Origin: Candidatus Saccharimonadota bacterium
GTDB taxonomy: Archaea; Nanohalarchaeota; Nanosalinia; Nanosalinales; Nanosalinaceae
Length of the DNA: 32,000 bases
Direction: 5' to 3'
Assembly: GCF_047555085.1 (NCBI RefSeq)
Contig: NZ_CP180230.1
Coordinates: forward strand, 330,001 to 362,000
Within the stretch, counting starts at the first letter, position 1; each line of letters begins with the position of its first letter. This document shows positions 22,164-31,443 of the stretch, piece by piece. A model generated the notes under the pieces. The model was given only the letters and a program-made list of their open reading frames with translations, did not search any database and was not told where the DNA came from. The position numbers and the translations under genes are program-made.

Positions 22164-24851
22164 ATGAGCGAGATAAAATTTGCAGATGAGTCGCAGGCCT
22201 CTGAAACTCTTCCTGAGGATTTCGAGCCTTACGTCAAGGAATGGTTCAACGAGCAGTTTCCAGGCCTCAGCGCCCCCCAGAAGTACTCTTTTGACTTGAT
22301 TCATGAGGAGGAGAATTCCCTTATCTGTGCGCCTACGGGTTCGGGTAAGACACTTTCAGCATTCATGAGTGCGTTGAATGAGCTTTTCCGGATGGGAGAT
22401 GAAGGTGAGCTGGACGACGAAGTGTACATGGTTTACGTTTCTCCGTTGAGAGCTCTTTCAAATGATATCAAAAGAAATCTGGAGGATCCTCTTCAGGGTA
22501 TAAAAGAAAAGGCTGAAGAAATGGGGTATGATGTCCCTGAAGTAAGATCTGCAGTAAGGACAGGAGATACAACGGATGCTGAGAAACGTGAAATGCGTGA
22601 AAATCCTCCTCACATCATGATCACAACTCCTGAATCTCTGGGTATCTTGATTAACTCTCCAAAGTTCCAGGAAAGCATGAGGAATGTAAAGTATACTATT
22701 GTTGATGAGATCCACTCCCTCAGCGAGAACAAGAGAGGAGTACATCTATCACTTACCTTGGAGAGGATGGAGCACATGGTGAAAGGATCTCCTACGCGTA
22801 TAGGCCTCTCTGCTACTCAGGCTCCTATAGATGAGATAGCGAAGTATCTTGTTGGCTACGAGGTGGAGGAGGATATCGAGATGAAGGAGACGGAGTACGA
22901 TGACGTAAAATCTGCTCCAGAGGCCTCTGAAGAAGATTATGAGACTCGTGGATGTACGATAGTTGATGTAGCGGCCTCGAAGGAGATCGATCTTGAGACT
23001 ATCTCTCCTGTCAGCGATTTGATTCATACGCCTCCGGAGGAGATCCATGAGGCGATGTATGATCAGATGCACAATCTTATTCAGGACCATGAATCCACCA
23101 TAATATTCACTAATACGCGCTCGGCGACGGAGAGAGTTGTCAATAATTTGAAGGAAAGATGGCCTGATGACTACGATGAAAATATCGGTGCACATCACTC
23201 ATCTATGTCCAGAGAGGAGCGTCTTGATGTCGAAGAGGCCCTGAAGAAAGGGGAGATGAAGGTGGGAGTAACTTCCACTTCTCTGGAGCTCGGGGTCGAT
23301 ATCGGAAGCGTTGATCTTGTTCTACAGCTAGGCTCGCCCAAAGGAGTCGCCCGGGGAATCCAGCGTATCGGGCGTTCAGGCCACCAGATAGGAGAGAAAG
23401 CCAAAGGAAAAATGATTGTTACTGACAGAGACGATGCAGTGGAATGCTCTGTCCTCACTAAATGCGCCAAGGAAGATGAACTGGATAAGATCCAGATCCC
23501 TACAAGGTGTCTGGATGTACTGGCCCAGCACATCGTTGGCATGGCGTGCAATCATCGCTGGGACATCGATCACGCATTCAACATGCTGAGAAAAAGTTAC
23601 TGTTACACAGGCCTCTCCAGAGAAAATTTTGACAAAGTCATGAAGTATCTGGCAGGAGAGTACGAGTTAGAGGATCAAAACGTTTACAGGAAGATCTGGC
23701 GAAACGATAAATCAGGCCTCTTCGGGAAATCCGGCAAGATGACAAGAGTTATCTACATGACAAATATCGGGACTATTCCCGATGAATCAGGCTATGATGT
23801 CGTAACTCGAGGCGATAAAAATTATGTCGGGACTCTGGATGAGGAGTTCCTGGATAGATTGACTAAAGGAGATATATTCACGCTGGGAGGCTCAACGTAT
23901 CAGTTCTCTTATGCTAAAGGTATGAAAGTCTTTGTCGATCCGAAGCCTCAGAAGCAGCCGACAGTCCCTTCATGGTACTCTGAGCGGCTTCCTCTAAGTT
24001 ATGATCTAGGTGTCAAGATAGGAAAGTTCAGAAAAGATGTTGAAGAACAGCTTGATCTTGGTGCAGGAGACGATGATATCATCCAGTGGATAATGCACAA
24101 CTACTATCTGGATGAGAATACGGCAGAGGCCATCTACAGGTATGTTAAGGAACAGTACCAGTTCTCTGGAGATGTCTCGAATCATGAGGATATCAAGGTA
24201 GAGAAATACATCGACGATGAAAACAGACAGAACTTTATCTTCCAGACGATATACGGGAGACGGACACACGACGCTCTGGCCAGGATACTTGCTCATCTCC
24301 TCCAGAAAAGAATAGGTAGTAACATAGGAATGGTGATCGACGATAATGGATTCATCCTTGTCACTCCAAGAAGGCCTATCGATATAGACAGACTTCTTGA
24401 CGAACTGGCAGAATGTGATCTCGAGAAAGAGCTGAAAGACGCTGTTGGAAAGACAGAGCTCATGAAAAGACGTTTCAGACACGTTGCAGGCAGAAGCCTG
24501 ATGATACTCAGAAACTACCAGGGGAACTCGAAGACTGTCGGCCAGCAGCAGATGAAAGGCCACTTCCTGATTTCAGCGATCAGAAACAAGCATGGAGAAG
24601 ACTTTCCGATGATAGAGGAGACATACAGGGAGATAATGGAGGATGCAATGGATATACGCCACACAGAGAAAGTTGTGGAAGGTATAGCTGATGGAGATAT
24701 AGAGTTCGAAGTAAGAAACGCGGATATACCGTCTCCTTTCAGCCATAACCTCCTTCTCCAGGAAAGCAGTGATGTCATCAAGATGGAGGACAAGAAAGAA
24801 AGATTGCAGGAACTCCATCAGCAGGTGCTGGACAGGATCGACGAGAAGTAA
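22164..24851 (+). CDS. lhr: Lhr-like ATP-dependent DEAD/DEAH-box helicase (Lhr-core type)
   Basis: Motif I CAPTGSGKTLSAF, motif II DEIH, motif VI-region GRSGH, TSTSLELGVDIG, plus a long C-terminal Lhr WH/DEAD-associated region. I preferred the ATG at 22164 because the ORF-track start at 22143 is a TTG. Confidence 0.9.
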   Translation: MSEIKFADESQASETLPEDFEPYVKEWFNEQFPGLSAPQKYSFDLIHEEENSLICAPTGSGKTLSAFMSALNELFRMGDEGELDDEVYMVYVSPLRALSNDIKRNLEDPLQGIKEKAEEMGYDVPEVRSAVRTGDTTDAEKREMRENPPHIMITTPESLGILINSPKFQESMRNVKYTIVDEIHSLSENKRGVHLSLTLERMEHMVKGSPTRIGLSATQAPIDEIAKYLVGYEVEEDIEMKETEYDDVKSAPEASEEDYETRGCTIVDVAASKEIDLETISPVSDLIHTPPEEIHEAMYDQMHNLIQDHESTIIFTNTRSATERVVNNLKERWPDDYDENIGAHHSSMSREERLDVEEALKKGEMKVGVTSTSLELGVDIGSVDLVLQLGSPKGVARGIQRIGRSGHQIGEKAKGKMIVTDRDDAVECSVLTKCAKEDELDKIQIPTRCLDVLAQHIVGMACNHRWDIDHAFNMLRKSYCYTGLSRENFDKVMKYLAGEYELEDQNVYRKIWRNDKSGLFGKSGKMTRVIYMTNIGTIPDESGYDVVTRGDKNYVGTLDEEFLDRLTKGDIFTLGGSTYQFSYAKGMKVFVDPKPQKQPTVPSWYSERLPLSYDLGVKIGKFRKDVEEQLDLGAGDDDIIQWIMHNYYLDENTAEAIYRYVKEQYQFSGDVSNHEDIKVEKYIDDENRQNFIFQTIYGRRTHDALARILAHLLQKRIGSNIGMVIDDNGFILVTPRRPIDIDRLLDELAECDLEKELKDAVGKTELMKRRFRHVAGRSLMILRNYQGNSKTVGQQQMKGHFLISAIRNKHGEDFPMIEETYREIMEDAMDIRHTEKVVEGIADGDIEFEVRNADIPSPFSHNLLLQESSDVIKMEDKKERLQELHQQVLDRIDEK

Positions 24852-24897
24852 CACTTAACTAAAAATACTCTTCCCAACAAAAACTTAGCCAGAGACA

Positions 24898-26544
24898 ATG
24901 CTGGAGCAACAACTTCAGGCCTTGATGCCTGTACTTGAAAACTTCTTCCTGAATCCTGTAGGCCTTCTTGCACTTGCAGCGCTTGTACCACTGCTGATTT
25001 TCTACCTTGCCAGGCCTCAGCCGGAGGAAAGAATGATGCCGTCCATAATGTTTTTCAGACAGCAGGAAGGAGAAAGCAAGCTCAAAAACGCTTTCAGAAC
25101 GCTTCTCAGGAATCTTGTTTTGCTTCTTCATGTGCTTGTGATACTTGCATTTGCTTTCACTCTAGCAGAGCCTTTCGCGGAAGTACCTGAGAGGCCTGAT
25201 GATGCTGTTATTGTTTTGGATAGATCTGCCAGTATGCAGTCGCAGATAAATGATGTAGAGAACTTTGTCGAAGATAATATAGGTGAAAGAAACACTGTTA
25301 TTGCATCAGGAGCTAGAACAGAAGTTATAGCAGAAAATGTTGCAGGAGAGCAGGCGCTGTCGATACTAAGGAATATAGAATACCGGGACACGGAGACAGA
25401 TATTGTTTCGGGCATTCAGACAGCAGGAAACTATCCTGGCGAGCTTGTAGTGGCAAGCGATCTGGATCAGACAGTTGACAGTAGAGATCCTGTACAGGCT
25501 CTGGAGTCATCATCAAAGCCTATAGAACTGATGAAATCAGAGGCCTCAAACGCCTATGCTGTAACTGATCTGAAGGTGAACAGGAATACTACCGAGATAT
25601 CGATAAGGAACTTCCTTTCAGAAACAGAAACTGTTGAAGCAGATTTCAACGGGATGAATCAGGATTTAGAGCTTGATCCAGGCCTCAATATTCATGAAGT
25701 AAGACATAGTTCGGGAAGAAATACTTTCACTCTTCCAGATGACGGTCTGAACGTTGATAATAAGGCCTTTTTTGTTGTCCCGGAGTCCGAATCAGTCGGT
25801 GTAAAGACTGCAAGGACGGACAGATACTTCGAGAAGGCTGTACAGCTTATAGGCGAGACCAGAAATACTGTTCTTGACAGCAACACTGATGTGTTCTATC
25901 TTAACGGTGAGGCCGAAGATCCGGAAACTGTGAGGGAGAAAGTCGATAACGGTGCCTCAGCGATAGTAACATCTGACTCAGAGGCCTTGAAAGATGTATT
26001 TGAGTTTGATACATCAGCCGCCGAGAAAGGAGGCAGCGTGGTGCTTAATTATCCTCGAAGGATCGATATCGGCAGTGTTGTGTATGTTGACAGAGGCCTG
26101 GAAGACGGTGAATCGTTATCGACTCCGGAAGAGGCCGTGAAAATCCACCAGTACGGGAATGGAGAGGTCCTGGCATTCAATGCAGAGATGGTTCAGTTCC
26201 GGAGGAATATTCTGTATCCGATTTTCTGGCGACAGATTATACTGAGGATGTCCGAGACGCAGACTGCAGGTGAGATGAATGTTAGAACAGGAACATCTCT
26301 GGACACAGGAGATTCAACTTTATTTGTATCTAATACAGGATTCTACGAGGAGAACGGGAAAACATATGCCGCCAATCTTCTCTCAGCAGAAGAATCCTCG
26401 CTGAATTCACATTACCAGGAATTTTCAGGTTCTACAGCTGCTGTTACAACAGAGAGAAACATTCAAAATCTTTCAGTATTTATTATAGCCTTACTGCTTG
26501 TCCTGGAACTCATTTACCTCTACAAGATAGGTGAAATAAGATGA
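24898..26544 (+). CDS. BatA-like N-terminal double-TM protein with vWA (MIDAS) domain and C-terminal TM anchor
   Basis: NPVGLLALAALVPLLIFYLARPQPEERMMPSIMFF is the BatA-type N-terminal domain. MIDAS-like VIVLDRSASM. The C-terminal helix is VFIIALLLVLELIYLY. Confidence 0.75.
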   Translation: MLEQQLQALMPVLENFFLNPVGLLALAALVPLLIFYLARPQPEERMMPSIMFFRQQEGESKLKNAFRTLLRNLVLLLHVLVILAFAFTLAEPFAEVPERPDDAVIVLDRSASMQSQINDVENFVEDNIGERNTVIASGARTEVIAENVAGEQALSILRNIEYRDTETDIVSGIQTAGNYPGELVVASDLDQTVDSRDPVQALESSSKPIELMKSEASNAYAVTDLKVNRNTTEISIRNFLSETETVEADFNGMNQDLELDPGLNIHEVRHSSGRNTFTLPDDGLNVDNKAFFVVPESESVGVKTARTDRYFEKAVQLIGETRNTVLDSNTDVFYLNGEAEDPETVREKVDNGASAIVTSDSEALKDVFEFDTSAAEKGGSVVLNYPRRIDIGSVVYVDRGLEDGESLSTPEEAVKIHQYGNGEVLAFNAEMVQFRRNILYPIFWRQIILRMSETQTAGEMNVRTGTSLDTGDSTLFVSNTGFYEENGKTYAANLLSAEESSLNSHYQEFSGSTAAVTTERNIQNLSVFIIALLLVLELIYLYKIGEIR

Positions 26545-28835
26545 TACTACAGAATCCTATACTCCTGGCTCTAGGCCTTGTGGCATTGCCGCTTCTTTAC
26601 AGGGCCTACAGTACAGAAGATTTCAGAACAAGATTCCTGGCTATTTCATACGCTGCAATATTTGTGGTGCTCGCAGTAGCCGCTGCTTCGCCGCAGATAC
26701 AGCAGGAAACATCACAGATGGAGGAAAGCCGACTGATATTCCTGGAGGACTCGTCGAGATCCATGGTACTCGATAGGCCTAATATCTCTCTCGAAGACGT
26801 GACTGTTGAAGAAAGAACACTTGCAACAGGCAACAGCTCCTCCATAAAGCAGGGAATGATGGCTATGCTGGAACCAAACACTACATATCTGGTGAGCTCG
26901 GATCTTCAGGATGATTCAAACTTCAGAGATGTTGCAGAGGCCTACAGTCAAGTAAATTCTGATATAAATTTTTTGAAGGCCTCAATGAAAAGAGAAAGAT
27001 CGGTTTCTATCACAGGGCCTTCTACAGCGGTGCCTAATGCTGTTAATAGTTATACTGTAAAAGTTCATAGTACTATTGAAGGAGAGGAAAGGCCTGAGGT
27101 CTTTGTCGATGGTGAGGAAGTGGATACAGAGGAAACTGAGGAAGGCTTTGTCTTCGAGAAAGAGTTCTCTGAGACAGGTTATCACAGAATCAGAGCTGGA
27201 CTGGAATCAGAGGATCAGTACAGTGAGAACAATCAGTTCTTCCGTTCCGTGAAAGTTATCGAGAGGCCTGAGGTCCTGGTTGTCGGCGATCAGGGATCTC
27301 TGGGGGAGAAGATTCAGGAGTACTTTGATCTTGAGTACAGTGATACTGTGCCGCAAGATCTCTCGAAATATTACTCAATCATTCTCAAGAAGAATATTGA
27401 CTCCTCTGCAGAACTGAAAAACTATCTTACAGACGGTAACGGTCTTGTTTACACTGGAGATGGCACGATGGATGTCCTGCCTCTGGAAAAGAGGGAGTAC
27501 GATATTGCAACAAGTAATCCGAAGATAATCATAGGTATAGATAATTCTCAGGGATTCACAGATCAAACTTCCGGAGGATGTACTGTAGGTGATTCGATAA
27601 AAGAGTCCAAGCAGCTTGGAACAAGCCTTGTAACCAATCTTGCTGAGCAGAGGCCTGAGTCGATTGTAGGAGCCTTTGCATACAATAACACGGTGTGGGA
27701 GTTTGGTGATCCGCAGCCGCTTTCAAATGAGGCCTATAGGAACAAGCTTCTCGGTACAGAGACTCAGGGAGGCCTCGCCAGCATCCCTGTCTGTGGGACA
27801 GCGTACCAGATACAGGCCTTGCAGGCAAGTATGCGTATAATCGGCAACTCTCCAGGTAACATAATACTGATAACAGATGGAAAGATTCCGAAAGACAGTG
27901 GGATCCTAGGCCCTTCAGGAACTGCAGAGGTTTCCTCAAGTGTTTCAAAGGAGGAGTACGAGCAGAGAGCTCTGGAGGTTGCCTCGAATATTCCGGATAA
28001 CGTCAGTCTTCATACTGTTGCAGTAGGGGAGAGTCCGAACAGGGACTTTCTGGAGAAGCTGGCTGAAGAAGGCAACGGCGTATACTACGAGGGAACGGAG
28101 GAGTTCTACGCTCTGGAGAATCGCTTCCAGGGAGGCGGAGGCTCCGATATGAAAGGTATCTCTGTAGTTGATCCGAATCACTTCATCACTGAAGGCCTAG
28201 GATCTTTAAGCTCTACAGCCACAGACTTCGAAGATGTCGGCCCAAGGCCTTCCGCCCGTACACTTATCGAATCCACGCATAACAGGCCTTTCCTGACGAC
28301 GTGGCGTTACGGTCTCGGACGTGTAGCAGCCTTCTCCGGCGGAGGCCCTGATCTTGAGAATCTGATGTCTCAGGAGCCTGTGGTTCTTTCACGTACTCTG
28401 AACTGGGCCGTGGGTAACCCCGAGAGGAAGGAAGATGGTTCTGTAACTGTCAGTGATGGCAGGATGGGTGAGGAGGTTGTTCTGACAACTTCAGTCGACC
28501 GGGAAGGTTTTGTCAGGGTTGCGGAGAGTCGTTACAGGGCTACCACCAGGCCGGAAGAAACAGGCTTCCACGAGTATTTCGGAAACCAGTTTGATTATAA
28601 TTACAGGCCTGAAATTGGGAAACTGGGTTACAGGGAAGAAGTTATGGAGAGGCTGGCCCGTGTGACAGGAGGCCAGGTACTTAATGAAAGCAGTATAGAC
28701 GGGCTTGAAGGGAATGTAAAGACTAGAACCGTCGAAACTGTTAAATCCAGAACATTGACTTCATACTTCCTCCTGCTGGCATTGATCCTGTTCTTGATAC
28801 AGGTAGGGTACAGGAAATCAAAGGGTTGGATGTAG
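26541..28835 (+). CDS. Large BatA/vWA-family membrane protein (two vWA-like modules, C-terminal TM anchor)
   Basis: MILQNPILLALGLVALPLLY.. with MIDAS-like LIFLEDSSRSM and a second module around IIIGIDNSQG...ILITDGK. The C-terminal helix is LTSYFLLLALILFLIQVGY. ATGA overlap with the upstream gene. Confidence 0.7.
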   Translation: MILQNPILLALGLVALPLLYRAYSTEDFRTRFLAISYAAIFVVLAVAAASPQIQQETSQMEESRLIFLEDSSRSMVLDRPNISLEDVTVEERTLATGNSSSIKQGMMAMLEPNTTYLVSSDLQDDSNFRDVAEAYSQVNSDINFLKASMKRERSVSITGPSTAVPNAVNSYTVKVHSTIEGEERPEVFVDGEEVDTEETEEGFVFEKEFSETGYHRIRAGLESEDQYSENNQFFRSVKVIERPEVLVVGDQGSLGEKIQEYFDLEYSDTVPQDLSKYYSIILKKNIDSSAELKNYLTDGNGLVYTGDGTMDVLPLEKREYDIATSNPKIIIGIDNSQGFTDQTSGGCTVGDSIKESKQLGTSLVTNLAEQRPESIVGAFAYNNTVWEFGDPQPLSNEAYRNKLLGTETQGGLASIPVCGTAYQIQALQASMRIIGNSPGNIILITDGKIPKDSGILGPSGTAEVSSSVSKEEYEQRALEVASNIPDNVSLHTVAVGESPNRDFLEKLAEEGNGVYYEGTEEFYALENRFQGGGGSDMKGISVVDPNHFITEGLGSLSSTATDFEDVGPRPSARTLIESTHNRPFLTTWRYGLGRVAAFSGGGPDLENLMSQEPVVLSRTLNWAVGNPERKEDGSVTVSDGRMGEEVVLTTSVDREGFVRVAESRYRATTRPEETGFHEYFGNQFDYNYRPEIGKLGYREEVMERLARVTGGQVLNESSIDGLEGNVKTRTVETVKSRTLTSYFLLLALILFLIQVGYRKSKGWM

Positions 28836-28849
28836 AAATTTTCCAAACC

Positions 28850-28857
28850 TTTAATTA
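28850..28857 (+). promoter_or_regulatory. Candidate TATA box TTTAATTA for a leaderless transcript
   Basis: Centred about 26 nt upstream of the ATG at 28880. Confidence 0.4.
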
Positions 28858-28879
28858 GCTGGATAGAATAGTAAGTTCT

Positions 28880-29698
28880 ATGGGAGTTCTAGACCCTTTA
28901 AAGAATATAGTCGGTGGCTCGGATTCAGGAAGTTCGTCGTCATCTTTCGGCGACAGCGACTTTGACAGTTCTTTCTCTGATTCAGGCGGCGACAATGACT
29001 TCGGAGGAGACTTCGGAAACTCTGATAACACAGGCAGTTCCGGAAACTCTTTCGGAGGAGATTCACAGAATCAGGGAAATAATTTCGGAAACTCCTCTCC
29101 AGGAAATAATGGAAACAGCTCCCAGAGCAAAGGACAGTTCGGAGACAACAACCCGATAAACGGAAACAGTAATTCACAGAACGGCGGAAACCAGTTCTCA
29201 CAGGGGCCACAGAACAGGCCTAATGGAGGACAGAACCCGGGGAACAGTCCAGCAGGCCCTCAACAGAACAGTCCTGCACCAAACAATAACTCTATGAATA
29301 CTTCAGGAAATCCTGCACAGGGGAACTCAGGACCTGGAAACGGCCCTGACAGCTTTGGAGATAATTCCGGTCCAGCAGCTCCAAGAGGCTCTAATCAGGA
29401 CCAGAACTCTCTTCTGCCAGATCAGGACTCACAGTCCTCACAGCAGAGCTCTGGCAGGGATTTTGACTCGCCTAATCCTCAGACAGGAAGGCCTCAGCAG
29501 GGAGGCGATTCTCCGCAACTCAGTGATACTACAAGGAGGAAAATGGAGAACGCAGGTATTAATCCTTCTCCACAGAAAGCAGAAGGCGGCGTATCCGAGG
29601 AAGACTTCAATCAGTTAGTTGATCAGAACAAAAAGATCATAGGCCTTCTGAATGATCTGGTGGAGTCGATAGAGGGAAGTTCCAACAACAGGCGCTAA
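28880..29698 (+). CDS. Intrinsically disordered G/N/S/Q/P-rich protein with FG dipeptide repeats and a short helical C-terminus
   Basis: The 272-aa ORF is far longer than the alternative-frame ORFs. About 220 aa lack hydrophobic residues other than Phe within FG (SFGD, DFGGDFGN, SFGG, NFGN, QFGD, SFGD). The C-terminal EEDFNQLVDQNKKIIGLLNDLVESIEG looks helical. No homolog recognised. Confidence 0.6.
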   Translation: MGVLDPLKNIVGGSDSGSSSSSFGDSDFDSSFSDSGGDNDFGGDFGNSDNTGSSGNSFGGDSQNQGNNFGNSSPGNNGNSSQSKGQFGDNNPINGNSNSQNGGNQFSQGPQNRPNGGQNPGNSPAGPQQNSPAPNNNSMNTSGNPAQGNSGPGNGPDSFGDNSGPAAPRGSNQDQNSLLPDQDSQSSQQSSGRDFDSPNPQTGRPQQGGDSPQLSDTTRRKMENAGINPSPQKAEGGVSEEDFNQLVDQNKKIIGLLNDLVESIEGSSNNRR

Positions 29699-29736
29699 AA
29701 AATATTCTCCTTCTCTTGAATTATCAGTTTTTTTAT

Positions 29737-30060
29737 CTAGAACTTCTTCATTAAACCAAACAATCCCCACATCCCTTTGAAGAACAGGCCTGCTGCGATA
29801 TACGTCTTGTAGGCCTCAAACACTGGAGGGGTGCCGGTGAATATTATGGCTGCTGAGAGTACGTCAGCCATGTTTCCTATTACGAATAATGGGAATGGGA
29901 AATGTACAGGCCTTATCATCGTTCCTATCCCTTTGAAAATAAGTATTCCTGCATGTACGGCGGAAATGGGCTCTGGCATGAAAGACTGCGTGAAATACAC
30001 AAGTATACCTGAGCTGACGTCAAGTATTCCCAGTAGATCAGGCCTGAATATTTCGCCCAT
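29737..30060 (-). CDS. Small hypothetical membrane protein (107 aa, about 3-4 TM)
   Basis: Hydrophobic segments throughout. ATG start. Lies 27 nt downstream of the NYN gene on the same strand. Confidence 0.55.
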   Translation of the reverse strand: MGEIFRPDLLGILDVSSGILVYFTQSFMPEPISAVHAGILIFKGIGTMIRPVHFPFPLFVIGNMADVLSAAIIFTGTPPVFEAYKTYIAAGLFFKGMWGLFGLMKKF

Positions 30061-30087
30061 GGAAAAAATGTTTTCCTGTCAAGATTT

Positions 30088-30552
30088 TTATTCCAGTTCC
30101 ACAACGTGATCCGCAGCATTCTTCAATGCAGTCGAAAATCCTGGCTCCATACCCATAACGACTGTCTCTTTCCCATGCTCCTTAGCCTTCTGTATCACAG
30201 GAAGGAAATCTGTATCACGAGTCACAAGTGCGATAACATCGATATCATCGTTGAAAACTGCTTCAACAGCATTTACCGCCATGTAAACATCTACGTCACT
30301 TTCCTTGGCCTTTTCTCCACCTAGACCCAGCTCAGCTTCAAATCCCTGAGATATTATAGCTTCAATAAGCTTATCGGAAGCGTACTGGTTCAGAAATACT
30401 TTTCCAACCTTGATATTTCCAAACTCTCCGGTCTTCTCTCTTAAATGATCAAGATCTAGATCAAACTCCTTTCTAACAACGTTAGGCCCATCAACAAAGA
30501 TAGCAACGTTCTTCCCTCTACTAACAGAATCCTTTATTTTAGATAAAACCAT
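30088..30552 (-). CDS. NYN-domain (LabA/PIN-like) protein, archaeal TIGR00288-type
   Basis: [11 protein letters not shown]...[44 protein letters not shown] matches the NYN/LabA acidic-residue pattern. About 154 aa. Confidence 0.8.
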   Translation of the reverse strand: MVLSKIKDSVSRGKNVAIFVDGPNVVRKEFDLDLDHLREKTGEFGNIKVGKVFLNQYASDKLIEAIISQGFEAELGLGGEKAKESDVDVYMAVNAVEAVFNDDIDVIALVTRDTDFLPVIQKAKEHGKETVVMGMEPGFSTALKNAADHVVELE

Positions 30553-30770
30553 GAAACAATATTTCTCCCACAGCCTTTTTTATCTCACCGCTGAAATAAT
30601 TGGACAAAAATTTTCTCACGTTATCTGAAAAACTTAAATCAAATGTCGACAAAGAGAAGTCTATGGAGGCCTACCAGTATTCACATGATGTAATAGGGTG
30701 TCGAGGCCTCCTTGTATTTCCAAACTTTTCCGAAAAACAGAGAATTTTCCGACGAGAGAGGTATACATAA

Positions 30771-31430
30771 ATGGTGTTGAAGGCTTACTGGCCTCTGGAT
30801 GAAACATCCGGAAGCACAGCATACGACGCCAGAAACAGCAATAATGGAAGTTTGAATGGCGGAGTAACGCAGAACGTCTCAGGCCTCTTCGGTTCCGGAG
30901 CATACAGTTTCGATGGCACTGATGACTATGTGGATGCTGGAAGCAACTCGGATATTGAGCCATCTACAGTCTCTATTTCAGCCTGGATAAAAACCAGTGG
31001 AGGTCATGGAGGCACTTATCCCAGGTATGCGGGAAACAACTGGAGCTTTGCAGGATACAATATCCAGCCATCTTCAGGTTCAGTGGCCATGGAAATAGGG
31101 GATGGTTCCAGTTCTAATACTCTCTCAGCATCGACCGGTATAGAAGACGGATCATGGCATCAAGTAACAGCAACTTACAGAGGAACAGATAATTCCTGGG
31201 CGATATATGTAGATGCTGTACAGGAAAACTCTGGGACGTCCAGCTACTCTCTTGCCTACGGAGGAAACCCTTTCATTATAGGTGCCAATCCATCAAAAAG
31301 CGACGGATTTGCAAATGCAGATATCTGCAATATCAGAATATATGATCATGTGTTAACAGAGCAGGAAGTAAGCTACCTGTACTCTGTAGGACAGAGAGGG
31401 CTACATACCTCAGACATTAGAACTCTGTAA
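30771..31430 (+). CDS. LamG (Laminin_G_3 / concanavalin-A-like lectin) domain protein, no signal peptide
   Basis: AYWPLDETSGSTAYD..NGSLNGG..GAYSFDGTDDYVD...SISAWIK...SWHQVTATY...IYVDAV...IGAN....ICNIRIYDHVLTEQEVSYLY is the canonical Laminin_G_3 pattern. Confidence 0.85.
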   Translation: MVLKAYWPLDETSGSTAYDARNSNNGSLNGGVTQNVSGLFGSGAYSFDGTDDYVDAGSNSDIEPSTVSISAWIKTSGGHGGTYPRYAGNNWSFAGYNIQPSSGSVAMEIGDGSSSNTLSASTGIEDGSWHQVTATYRGTDNSWAIYVDAVQENSGTSSYSLAYGGNPFIIGANPSKSDGFANADICNIRIYDHVLTEQEVSYLYSVGQRGLHTSDIRTL

Positions 31431-31443
31431 AAAAGAATATTTT

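Noticed and set aside
17104-24851. Inteins in RFC subunits or the Lhr helicase
   Set aside because: The protein lengths (396, 315 and about 895 aa) and uninterrupted motif spacing are those of intein-free versions.
28914-29618. Alternative-frame ORFs 28914..29159, 29355..29618 and antisense 28878..29210 in the low-complexity region
   Set aside because: They are shorter than the 28880..29698 frame and nested within it, and they lack a promoter-like element. Repetitive composition keeps several frames open by chance.
30553-30770. C/D-box sRNA in the long spacer (ATGATGT resembles a C box)
   Set aside because: The C-box match is imperfect, and I found no D box (CTGA) at the expected 3' distance and no terminal stem on either strand.
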